In this document: positions 1 through 8,147 of the stretch, in pieces
Layout: each line of letters opens with the position of its first letter
Position numbering within the stretch: position 1 is the stretch's first letter
Origin: Actinomycetota bacterium
GTDB taxonomy: Bacteria > Actinomycetota > Actinomycetes > S36-B12 > UBA5976
Reading direction: 5' to 3'
Length of the DNA stretch: 33,750 bases
Assembly: GCA_009923375.1 (NCBI GenBank)
Contig: RFTO01000002.1
Span: forward strand, 1-33,750
Notes under the pieces: model-generated
Told to the model about the DNA's origin: nothing
Databases searched by the model: none
What the model saw: only the letters and a program-made list of their open reading frames with translations
Made by a program: the position numbers and the translations under genes

Positions 1-1870
1 ATGTGCGGGAAGAGGATGTCTACGGCTTCGGCGTTTGCCCCCATTGATGGGGTCAAGTTTCCTCCAAGTTGCGCCGCGGGTGTCGCTGTCCAGCTGGCAT
101 TCGCAATGTTCAGGGCAGCTGGCGCAGGCTCAGCCTGTGCAGATGTGTTCGTGTTGACCAACGAGAATGTCGCGTAACCATTCGCATCCGTCATCGCAGT
201 GAGGGTCACCTTGGAGCCAGCTGCGATTGATGTGGCACCAGCGGTAAACGAGGTCAGTTCGCCATTGCCGTTGACCACCAGGCTCATCTGCTGGGAGGCG
301 ATAGCTGCACCAGTGTCGCTCATCGTCGCCCGGTAGCGCAGCAGCAACTGCGATCCAGCTGCGTAGTAGCGCACATATGCCTTGGAGTCCGAGTCAGCGT
401 TTTGCAGCCAGCTGGTGGCGTCATACGCATCCTTGGTCGTGTCGATCACCGGGCTGACCAGGCGGATCACTGGACGGCCAGCGGCAAGTTTCACCGTGTG
501 ACTCCATACGCGGTCCACCCGCTCGGAGAGTGCGCCGACGGTGGGAATGAGATCGAAGCCCGACTCTTGTGCAACCACGCGGCTGTCATCCCAGTACGAC
601 ATGCTGCTCGGCGGCTGGGGGCGTGGCTCTGCAGAGGCATTTGGCGTGGTGCTGTGCAATGTGAACGTCGCGTAGCCGTCGGCGTCAGTTGTTGCAGTCA
701 GCGCCCCTGTGAAGGTGGCACTGCCATTTGTTGGGACCAGCATCATCACCGTGTTGGCGAGCGCACTGCCACCAGCGGAGGTCGCGCGGTAGTGAAGGAC
801 CAAGTCGCTGCCAGTCTCCACAAATTTTACGAAGGCCTTATCTGTATTGGGGAGTGCTGGCGCCCAGTAGGTCTTGTCCGTCATACCAGCTTTGTCCTGG
901 TCGCTTAAACGGATGTTCGCAACGGGCAATGAGAGCCCTGATGGTTTCACAGTGTGAGTCCACACACGGTCAACGTGCTCAACTCCAGCGCCGACGCTCG
1001 GGTTAATCTCAAACTTCGTCGGCGTCGGGGGATTCCAGGAGTCATCCCAGAAACTCATTGTGCTCAGGCCGTAGGGACGCGGCTCGGCGTTGGCAACATT
1101 GGTGGTGCTCGTCAGTGTGAAGGTCACCTTGCCGTTAGCGTCAGTTGTGCCAGTGAGAGAGCCGGAGAAAGTCGTGACCTCATCGGCCGTGATGCTCAAG
1201 GTCACCGATGTGTTGCCAAGCGCTACGCCGGCGCCGTTCGTGGCTGTGTAATGCAGCACCAATGGGGTGCCGGCTTCAACGAACTTCACGAAACTCATCG
1301 ACTGCGGTTCGTTTGTCCACCAGTATGACTTGTCTGTCATTGTGGCTTTGTCAGCCGCTGACAAACGGATGTTTGCCTCAGGCAGGTTCGTTGCAATAAC
1401 AGTGTGAGTCCACACACGGTCGATGTGTTCGTGAATCTTGCCCGAGTTATCCAATCCAATGCTGGGGATGAAGTTGAACGCGGAGAAGTCCTTGACGGTA
1501 TCGCCGCGGTGGTCATCCCAGAAGCTCATCGTGCTTGGGGACACAGGTCGGGGCTCGGCATCGACGTTGGCCGTGGTGTTGTGCAGAACGAAGGTGGCGT
1601 AGCCGTTCGCGTCGGTGGTCTGCGAGATCGTGTCAACGCTCGCGAACTCGAGGTACGACGCCTTGGCGACGCCATCCTTAGTCAAAGTGACGGGAACATT
1701 CGGAACTGCGCGACTGAAGGTGTCGGTAACTTGGTAGTGCAAGGTCAAGGTGGCGCCAGCTTCGACGAACTTCACGAGGCTTTTGGAAGCTGCCTCGTTG
1801 GTCCACCAGTAGGACTTATCAGACATGGTTGATTTATCAGCTGCCGTCAAACGGATGTTGACATCCGTTG
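1..1870 (-). repeat. In-frame tandem coding repeats with a period of ~450-486 nt (4 copies in the window)
   Basis: The 23-nt string acagtgtgagtccacacacggtc matches exactly at 949-971 and 1399-1421, 450 nt apart. A diverged copy (gtgtgactccatacgcggtc) lies at ~496-515. The motif aaacggatgtt recurs at 907, 1363 and 1849. Confidence 0.8.
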
Positions 1871-1982
1871 GCAAAGCGACCGCGAGCGCGGCAGGAGTGG
1901 CTGCGGAAAATCCCGACGCCACAAGAAAGGTGGCAACAAGCCCGGTAATGACGCGTCGGATGGGTGTGGCTACTGAAAACAT
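1..1982 (-). CDS. Secreted tandem-repeat protein (Ig-like/Big_1-like modules). Only the N-terminal 660 aa are present; the ORF runs off the left edge.
   Basis: Absent from the ORF track because it has no stop in the window. ATG at 1982-1980 follows a GAGAGGGA RBS. Hand translation starts MFSVATPIRRVITGLVATFLVASGFSAATPAALAVALPTD (signal peptide). Four ~150-160 aa modules follow, each with IRL..DK..MTDKSYWW..FVKFVE.G..L.LHY ... TDANG.(A/V)TF.L ... EPRP..S.MS(F/Y)WDD ... DRVW(T/S)HTV. I confirmed directly that the frame is stop-free and consistent at both ends of the ORF. The + strand ORFs listed for 402-2058 are antisense artefacts. Confidence 0.75.
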   Translation of the reverse strand, partial: MFSVATPIRRVITGLVATFLVASGFSAATPAALAVALPTDVNIRLTAADKSTMSDKSYWWTNEAASKSLVKFVEAGATLTLHYQVTDTFSRAVPNVPVTLTKDGVAKASYLEFASVDTISQTTDANGYATFVLHNTTANVDAEPRPVSPSTMSFWDDHRGDTVKDFSAFNFIPSIGLDNSGKIHEHIDRVWTHTVIATNLPEANIRLSAADKATMTDKSYWWTNEPQSMSFVKFVEAGTPLVLHYTATNGAGVALGNTSVTLSITADEVTTFSGSLTGTTDANGKVTFTLTSTTNVANAEPRPYGLSTMSFWDDSWNPPTPTKFEINPSVGAGVEHVDRVWTHTVKPSGLSLPVANIRLSDQDKAGMTDKTYWAPALPNTDKAFVKFVETGSDLVLHYRATSAGGSALANTVMMLVPTNGSATFTGALTATTDADGYATFTLHSTTPNASAEPRPQPPSSMSYWDDSRVVAQESGFDLIPTVGALSERVDRVWSHTVKLAAGRPVIRLVSPVIDTTKDAYDATSWLQNADSDSKAYVRYYAAGSQLLLRYRATMSDTGAAIASQQMSLVVNGNGELTSFTAGATSIAAGSKVTLTAMTDANGYATFSLVNTNTSAQAEPAPAALNIANASWTATPAAQLGGNLTPSMGANAEAVDILFPH

Positions 1983-2029
1983 GTGTCCCTCTCAGGTCTC
2001 CGTCAGGCTGGGTACAAGCTGCCGGGTTT

Positions 2030-2045
2030 GTGAAAACGCTTTCAC
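2030..2045 (-). promoter_or_regulatory. Putative LacI-family operator GTGAAAGCGTTTTCAC (read on the minus strand), with a candidate promoter just upstream
   Basis: 16-bp near-palindrome with core TGAAAGCGTTTTCA, fitting the generic LacI/CcpA-type pattern TGnAAnCGnTTnCA. It sits 48 bp upstream of the repeat-protein ATG. On the minus strand it is 2 nt downstream of a -10-like TAGTAT (2053-2048), with a -35-like TTACAC (2077-2072) at 18-nt spacing. The same 16-mer occurs at 7976-7991. Confidence 0.5.
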
Positions 2046-2124
2046 CGATACTAAGTGAACGCGGAAATCAGGTGTAATGCAACATCTGACGCCTAAGAAA
2101 TGACGGAGAAAGCGCTGCGGCGAG

Positions 2125-3126
2125 TTACGCGGTCTCGCGCACGACAAGGTGTGTGGGCAATATCACGGACTTTGGCACGGCCCCTTGAATGGCTTCGATC
2201 ACCATTGATGCGGCTGTTGCTCCTAGCGCCTCAACATCTTGCTGCACTGTGGTCAGCTGCTTGCGCCCGATTCGACCGGCGAACATATTGTCAAATCCGA
2301 CGACTGCGACTTGCCCAGGCACGTCGATGCCCCGATCATCGAGGACAGCAAGGGCGCCAATGGCCATCGCGTCGTTGGCGATGAAAACACCGTCGATATC
2401 AGGATGGCGGTTCAGCAGTTCATTCATCGCCGCCTCACCGCTCTCGTCAGTCCAATCACCAAACACCACAAAGCTTTCATCGAGTTCGATACCAGCATGT
2501 GCCAGGGCCGAACGGAAGCCATCAAGCCGTAGTCGGCCAGAGCTGAGCCGGACGTCGCCGGCGATGGTTGCTACGCGGGTGCAGCCGCGCTTGAGAAGGT
2601 GAGTGGTGGCGATTTCCGCTCCACCGAAGTTATCTGAGTCGACATAAGTGAAGGAAGCGGCATCGTCCGGCCGGCCAACGACGACACAAGGCAAGCCGAG
2701 GTCCTGAAGTTGACGGACAACGTTGTCGTTATGGAGCTGGAAGAAGATGGCTCCATCCACATGGCCCGGGGCCAAAGTGCCCATCACCTGTGGGTCGGCA
2801 TCATCGAGCGGCCGAACCATGAGCAACGCCTGCATCCCAGAGTCCTGTAGCGCGCGGCTTACCCCTGTGGTGATGATTCCCCAGAAGGGGTCGGAGAACA
2901 CGTTGAGGTTGCTGTCAATAACGGCGGCCACAAGTCCCGTGCGACCCGTTGCCAGTGTTCGCGCCGCCCGGTTCGGGGCGTAGCCAAGTTCCTCGATGAT
3001 CTCGTTGATGCGTGCGACTCGAGCAGGTGCGACCCGAGGATCGCCGTTGAGCACCCGTGAAACGGTGGCCGGACTCACACCTGCCCGCTGGGCGATATCG
3101 CTCAGAGTCACTCTTGCGTGGTTCAC
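2125..3126 (-). CDS. LacI-family transcriptional regulator
   Basis: N-terminal HTH VTLSDIAQRAGVSPATVSRVLNG followed by a periplasmic-binding-protein-like sugar-binding core. It is the last gene in the same direction as the ABC/GH1 operon. Confidence 0.9.
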   Translation of the reverse strand: MNHARVTLSDIAQRAGVSPATVSRVLNGDPRVAPARVARINEIIEELGYAPNRAARTLATGRTGLVAAVIDSNLNVFSDPFWGIITTGVSRALQDSGMQALLMVRPLDDADPQVMGTLAPGHVDGAIFFQLHNDNVVRQLQDLGLPCVVVGRPDDAASFTYVDSDNFGGAEIATTHLLKRGCTRVATIAGDVRLSSGRLRLDGFRSALAHAGIELDESFVVFGDWTDESGEAAMNELLNRHPDIDGVFIANDAMAIGALAVLDDRGIDVPGQVAVVGFDNMFAGRIGRKQLTTVQQDVEALGATAASMVIEAIQGAVPKSVILPTHLVVRETA

Positions 3127-3180
3127 GACACCCCTTCACATCAGCGGGTGGTCGCGCGTGCTTCGCAGCGAGTATCCCGA

Positions 3181-4563
3181 CTAGACGGGGACTCTATCTG
3201 ATTCGATGATCTGCTTATAAGTGTGAGCGCTGCGCTTAAGGGTGCGCTTTTGGGTGTGGAAGTTCACATGAATCATCCCGAAACGCTTCGCATATCCGTA
3301 GGCCCATTCGAAGTTGTCCAGCAAAGACCACGCGTAGTAGGCGACGACTGGAGCGCCTTGAGCAATGGCGGACTGCAGGGAAGCGAGGTGGTTGGTCAGG
3401 TATGCCACCCGCCGGGTGTCGTTCACCTCCCCATTCGCATCGGGCTCATCGTCGTAAGCAGCGCCATTTTCCGTGATCATCAACGCTGGGATTGCCGGCC
3501 AATCGGTGTGCACACGCATGGCCAGAACGCCAAGGCCCTCGGGAGTTACAGGCCACTCCATGTCAGTCAACGTGCTTTGTAAATGTTCCGGCACACGGGT
3601 GTCGGCGCGCTCGGCAAACGGGAAGAGCCCACCATCACGCAGCGCCCCATCGACCTCCCGGGCTGTGGAAACAAAACTGTCGCTGTAGTAGTTGATTCCG
3701 AGGAAGTCAGGCTCGGTCTTAAGAATCTCCGCATCGCCCGAGAGGACGACTGAACTCAACATGTCGCCGTATTCCTCTTGCAAAACCACGGGGTATTGAC
3801 CATCGGTGAGTGCATCGATCCACCAACGGTTGATGTGGGCGTCGAGGAGATCGGCTGCCTTGATGGCTTCAGCATCCGCATCGACAGGCACGATGTAGTT
3901 GGTCATGTTGAGAGTGATGCCGACCTGACAGTCTGAGACAACTTGCTTGATCACCCGAGTGGCGCGGCCATGAGCAAGCGCTGTGTGGTGTGCAGCAGCA
4001 ATTGCTGCAGGAAGCTCCTGGCGGCCGGGGGCGTGAACTCCGGACATGTAACCGAGCCATGACACACACCACGGCTCGTTGATGGTGATCCACAACTTCA
4101 CACGGTCGCCGAACGCCTCAGCACAGGCGCGGGTGTAATGCTCAAAAGCATCCACTGTTGCGCGATTTGCCCAACCGCCGGCATCCTCCAGTGGTTGTGG
4201 GAGATCCCAGTGGTAAAGCGTCACAGCCGGGGTGATTCCAGCTGCGATGAGTGCATCGATCAGGCGGTTATAAAAGGCGAAGCCAGGCTCATTGCGGGTA
4301 GTGCCGCCGTCAGGAAATAAACGCGGCCACGCGATCGACAAGCGGTAGCTGTCGATTCCGATCTCGCGCATGAGCTCGATGTCCTCGGCGTAGCGGTGGT
4401 AGTGGTCGCAGGCGGTGTCGCCGGTGTCGCCGTTCTCAACCTTGCCGGGAGTCTTGCTGAAAGTGTCCCAGATGCTCGCTCCGCGACCATCCTCGTGCGC
4501 TGCTCCTTCAATCTGGTAGCTCGCCGTTGCGGCACCCCAGATAAAGTCCTTAGGGAAGCTCAT
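3181..4563 (-). CDS. GH1 beta-glucosidase (cytoplasmic)
   Basis: FIWGAATASYQIEGA N-terminus, acid/base motif TINEPW and nucleophile motif ITENGAA. No signal peptide. Its start overlaps the permease stop by 1 nt (TGATG on the minus strand). Confidence 0.92.
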   Translation of the reverse strand: MSFPKDFIWGAATASYQIEGAAHEDGRGASIWDTFSKTPGKVENGDTGDTACDHYHRYAEDIELMREIGIDSYRLSIAWPRLFPDGGTTRNEPGFAFYNRLIDALIAAGITPAVTLYHWDLPQPLEDAGGWANRATVDAFEHYTRACAEAFGDRVKLWITINEPWCVSWLGYMSGVHAPGRQELPAAIAAAHHTALAHGRATRVIKQVVSDCQVGITLNMTNYIVPVDADAEAIKAADLLDAHINRWWIDALTDGQYPVVLQEEYGDMLSSVVLSGDAEILKTEPDFLGINYYSDSFVSTAREVDGALRDGGLFPFAERADTRVPEHLQSTLTDMEWPVTPEGLGVLAMRVHTDWPAIPALMITENGAAYDDEPDANGEVNDTRRVAYLTNHLASLQSAIAQGAPVVAYYAWSLLDNFEWAYGYAKRFGMIHVNFHTQKRTLKRSAHTYKQIIESDRVPV

Positions 4564-5486
4564 CAGCCCTTCACCGCACCTTCCATGACTCCAGCGACGA
4601 GTCGCCGTCCGACGAAAATGAATAGAACGAGCAACGGTGCGGTGCCCAGCAGTGCAGCACCCATGATCGCTTGGTAATCGACCGTGTAACTGTTACTCAA
4701 TTGAGTGATTGCCACTTGGACTGTGTATTTGCGCGGATCCTGCAGCACCAGCGAGGGCCACAGGTAGTCGTTCCAGGTGCCGAGGAAGGAGAACAACCCG
4801 AGCACGAACGCTGCTGGGCGGATCGCTGGGAAGACAATCCGACTGAAGGTGCGGAAGGAGGAAGCCCCATCGATGCGAGCCGCCTCAAGCAACTCATTGG
4901 GCACCTGGGAATCGATGAGTTGCCGCATCCAGAACACCCCGAAGGCGCCGACCAGCGCCGGGATGATCAAGGCCTTGTACGAGCTGATCCAGTTGAGCCA
5001 CGTCATCACCATGTACATGAAGATCACACCGAGTTGCGCCGGCATCATCATGGTGCCGACGATGAATGTCAGCATGTTCTTCTTGCCTGGCACGCGGAGC
5101 TTCGCAAGTGCGAAGCCGGCGAGAGCGGAGAAGAACACATTCGAGATGGCGATGATGGCTGACACCTCGAAGGTGTTCAGAATCGCGTGCAGGAACATCC
5201 AGTGGTTGGTTGTGTCCGCATTGATGATGCGGCTGAAGACCTCGCCGAAGTGCGGCCCAGGGGTCAGTGATGGCGGGATCTTCGAGATGACGTCAGAGCC
5301 ATTGGATGCAACGACGTACATCCAGTAGAACGGGAAAATCGAGATGAACGCCATGAAGGACAGGACCGTATATGTCAGCGGCGACACGCGTCCTCGCCGT
5401 TTGCGCTTGCCGTGTGTCTGCGATGGCGTTTCTGGAGACGGCACTGCCACATCGGCGCCGGTGGGGAGATTACTGACGAGTGTCAT
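4563..5486 (-). CDS. Carbohydrate ABC transporter permease (CUT1, MalG/CebG-like)
   Basis: Multiple TM segments and an EAA-loop motif EAARIDGASSFRTFSRIVFP. It overlaps the upstream permease gene by 4 nt. Confidence 0.9.
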   Translation of the reverse strand: MTLVSNLPTGADVAVPSPETPSQTHGKRKRRGRVSPLTYTVLSFMAFISIFPFYWMYVVASNGSDVISKIPPSLTPGPHFGEVFSRIINADTTNHWMFLHAILNTFEVSAIIAISNVFFSALAGFALAKLRVPGKKNMLTFIVGTMMMPAQLGVIFMYMVMTWLNWISSYKALIIPALVGAFGVFWMRQLIDSQVPNELLEAARIDGASSFRTFSRIVFPAIRPAAFVLGLFSFLGTWNDYLWPSLVLQDPRKYTVQVAITQLSNSYTVDYQAIMGAALLGTAPLLVLFIFVGRRLVAGVMEGAVKG

Positions 5487-6487
5487 CGTGAGTCCTCACT
5501 AGCGATGCGACGGGTGATGAGGAAGTTCAAGGCAGAGATGATGATCACGACGATGGTGATGCCCACGCCGATGGCGGCCGCGTAACCCAGTCGCTCATTC
5601 TGGTTCAGTTCCTTAAATAGGTAGAGAGTGAGTGTGAGGAACTGACTGTTCGCGCCGCCGTCGAGGCCACCGCCGTAGGTCAAAGGCTCCACAAAAAGCC
5701 CCAGGCCACCGATGGTCCCCATGATCAACATGAATGTGATGGTGTTACGCAGTTGAGGGATGGTGACGTACCAAACCGTCTTCACTCGCGAGGCGCCGTC
5801 GATTGCGGCTGATTCATAAAGTTCGCGCGGGATGGCGAGGATGGCCGACAGCAAGATGAGTGAGTTGTAGCCCAACCAACGCCAGTTGATCATGGTCGCA
5901 ATCGCAACGTGACTCGGTAGCCGCTCGTTGATCCACTCGATAGGGCCCACGTTGACATAGTGCAGCCCGACATTGATCAACCCGAAGTCTCGACCGAAGA
6001 TCTGCTGGAACACGATGGCGACAGCGAGGACAGACGTGATGTTCGGAACCATGAGCAGCGTGCGCCAGAAGGAGCTGCCACGCAATTTCGGGTTTGCCAG
6101 CAGCATGGCTAGACCGAAGGCCATGATCAACTGTGGGATCGTGGAGATCGCCCAGATTGAGAACGTGTTCTTCAGCGCGAGCCAGAAATACGGATCGCTC
6201 CACAGCTCATCGAAGTTGCGCATTCCCACCCACGCGTCCTTGAGTGCCTGGAAATTGTGGCGGTCAAGGAAGTCGTAGTACGTACTCCAGTCGACATTGA
6301 AAAATGCCAACCCGGTGGTGAAGACAATCGGTAAGGCTCCGAACAGGACGAAGTGAACGAAGAACGGCGCAACATAGAGGAAGCCGATTCGGTCCTGCCG
6401 CGCGATAGCAGACGGGCGCCGCTTGCGGCTGCGCGTTGCCGCAGCCTTTGGCTCTACTACTTCAGGTCGAACTTCCAGTGTTGTCAC
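5483..6487 (-). CDS. Carbohydrate ABC transporter permease (CUT1, MalF/CebF-like)
   Basis: Multiple TM segments and an EAA-loop motif ESAAIDGASRVKTVWYVTIPQL. Confidence 0.9.
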   Translation of the reverse strand: MTTLEVRPEVVEPKAAATRSRKRRPSAIARQDRIGFLYVAPFFVHFVLFGALPIVFTTGLAFFNVDWSTYYDFLDRHNFQALKDAWVGMRNFDELWSDPYFWLALKNTFSIWAISTIPQLIMAFGLAMLLANPKLRGSSFWRTLLMVPNITSVLAVAIVFQQIFGRDFGLINVGLHYVNVGPIEWINERLPSHVAIATMINWRWLGYNSLILLSAILAIPRELYESAAIDGASRVKTVWYVTIPQLRNTITFMLIMGTIGGLGLFVEPLTYGGGLDGGANSQFLTLTLYLFKELNQNERLGYAAAIGVGITIVVIIISALNFLITRRIASEDSR

Positions 6488-6545
6488 GCGAGCGCCTATC
6501 TCCGATAAGTCTTGTTCGTGGGGTGTTCTGTTGCCAGGCTAAGTG

Positions 6546-7865
6546 TTAGCCGACATTCCGCCTGATGTCGTTCAGCGCCTGGCACCATGCAGCATCCACT
6601 GTCTGAGACGGGTGACCACCGCATGATTGGGTTTGTGTTCCTTGGGTGACGCGCGACAGTGCCTGGCCGAACGTGGAGTCGATGATTCGATCTTTGGCGC
6701 CGGAGTAAATCGGCTTCAATGCCAACGCACTCGAGGAGTAGATCTTGCCCAGCGGGGCGTTGCTGAAGAACGGATCCTTGTAGTTCTTGATCGCTGGGTT
6801 GCTGTACAGGTTGTACGTCGTTGGGAACAGGCCGTACTGCTTGAATGTCGTCAACTGCTGAGCTGGGGCGAGGTACCACTTGATGAAGGCCCAGGAGGCA
6901 GCTTGGTTGCCAGAGTTCTTCGGAATGGTCAACATGCTTCCACCCATGTTTCCGCCGCCACCAGGCACCGCTGCGACATCCCACTTGCCCTTGGTGCTCG
7001 GAGCCTGCTGCTTGATGTAATCGAGCATCCAGGCGGGAGCGAGAATCGTGGCAAAAGCGCCGTGCTGCATGCCTGCACCCCAGTCAGCGGTGAACTGGTT
7101 GATCTTGGTGCCGATGCTGCTGTTGCACTTGCCGGCAGCTTTGGTGACACAGCCCGCTTGAGCGGCGACATTGAAAGCCTGGTGCACGTGCGTGTTGTTG
7201 CTGTAGATGAGCTGGTGCGACCTTGGGTCGTAGTACTTCGATGTGCCTTGGTTCAGGACAGCAGCAAACAAGGTGCCAGTGGAGTCGATGAACTTGGAGC
7301 GCGGCATCTTGCTGTTGTAACTCTTTCCCACCTTGATGAAGTCAGCCCATGTGCGCCAAAGCTTCGCGACCTTTGTTCGGTCGGTTGGTAGACCCGCCTG
7401 CTTGAAAAGATCCACTCGGTATGCCACGGCGAGACCGCCGACATCGGTCGGAATCCCAATCTGCGAGCCGTTCAACGCCGTTCCTTGGGTGTAGCGGAAA
7501 GGCAGGTAGTCCTTAGAAATTGCACGTGCACCCAGCGTGTTCAAGTCAGTGAAACGAGAGGCAATCATCGGCTGACGGAACTGACCCATGTAGGACAGCT
7601 CAACGGCAGCGATATCCGGTACGGCATTGGAGTTAAGGCTGCGAAGTAATTGCTGGTGCTCACCGTCAAGGTCCATCTTGTTGATCACAATTTTGATGTT
7701 CGGATGCAGCTTGCGGTAGGCGTCCACAATCTTCGGCTCGAACACGTTTCCAAACGACGACACCTTGAGGGTCACCTGGGTTGCTCCGTGGACTGGCGCC
7801 ACGAGCAATGTGAAGAGCAATGGTGCGCTGGCAGCAACTACTTTGAGGGTCGATCGGCGGAACAT
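6546..7865 (-). CDS. Extracellular sugar/oligosaccharide-binding protein of the ABC transporter
   Basis: 439 aa, first gene of the operon, with typical family-1 SBP length and composition. The N-terminus MFRRSTLKVVAASAPLLFTLLVAPVHGATQ is a signal peptide with no lipobox Cys. Confidence 0.85.
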   Translation of the reverse strand: MFRRSTLKVVAASAPLLFTLLVAPVHGATQVTLKVSSFGNVFEPKIVDAYRKLHPNIKIVINKMDLDGEHQQLLRSLNSNAVPDIAAVELSYMGQFRQPMIASRFTDLNTLGARAISKDYLPFRYTQGTALNGSQIGIPTDVGGLAVAYRVDLFKQAGLPTDRTKVAKLWRTWADFIKVGKSYNSKMPRSKFIDSTGTLFAAVLNQGTSKYYDPRSHQLIYSNNTHVHQAFNVAAQAGCVTKAAGKCNSSIGTKINQFTADWGAGMQHGAFATILAPAWMLDYIKQQAPSTKGKWDVAAVPGGGGNMGGSMLTIPKNSGNQAASWAFIKWYLAPAQQLTTFKQYGLFPTTYNLYSNPAIKNYKDPFFSNAPLGKIYSSSALALKPIYSGAKDRIIDSTFGQALSRVTQGTQTQSCGGHPSQTVDAAWCQALNDIRRNVG

Positions 7866-7975
7866 GTGAAGGCCCCAATCTGGATGTGTCTGGTTTCGTG
7901 TGAGCTGGCTGTGAATCGCGTTGGTGCGGTGTTCATTCTCAGATACCTGTGCTTTAATCCGTGCTTAATTCGTCC

Positions 7976-7991
7976 GTGAAAGCGTTTTCAC
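7976..7991 (+). promoter_or_regulatory. Putative LacI-family operator GTGAAAGCGTTTTCAC in the divergent SBP/GH16 control region
   Basis: Exact copy of the 16-mer at 2030-2045 (there on the opposite strand). It lies in the 282-bp divergent intergenic region between the SBP start (7865) and the GH16 start (8148). Confidence 0.55.
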
Positions 7992-7999
7992 TAGCAGTA

Positions 8000-8015
8000 G
8001 TGAATGCGGTTTCAC
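8000..8015 (+). promoter_or_regulatory. Second, weaker operator-like site GTGAATGCGGTTTCAC
   Basis: It has the same GTGAA...TTCAC outer half-sites with a central CG, 24 bp centre-to-centre from the first site. The inner positions are not symmetric. Confidence 0.35.
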
Positions 8016-8147
8016 GCCAGAATGCAAGCGGCGCAAACGCTTGGCTTACAAAGGTTGAGCATAAGTTGTCGGATTGTCGGCAACCTGCGCAGAATGCGCA
8101 AAGGTTATTTGTGCGTCAAAGGATCGACGGGGCTAGGGAGGCAGCCG

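Noticed and set aside
1-1870. The ~450-nt periodic DNA repeats could have been a CRISPR-like array, a satellite or mobile-element remnants.
   Set aside because: The repeats are long, contiguous, diverged and in frame within one ORF, with no short spacers, so they are protein module repeats.
402-2058. Five overlapping + strand ORFs (63-168 aa) in the supplied track.
   Set aside because: All are antisense to the long minus-strand repeat-protein ORF, and their Arg/Cys-rich, low-complexity translations are typical of off-frame reading in high-GC DNA. The minus-strand reading has an RBS, a signal peptide and a four-fold repeated module.
8004-8147. Long N-terminal extensions implied by the first-start ORF calls. 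They affect GH16 (8004), the 9173 and 10881 proteins, msiK (13428), HMG-CoA lyase (25532), scoA (28609), scoB (29369) and tadA (30865).
   Set aside because: In each case an internal start has a better Shine-Dalgarno sequence, removes overlap with the upstream gene or the operator sites, and puts the signal peptide or conserved N-terminal motif at the N-terminus.
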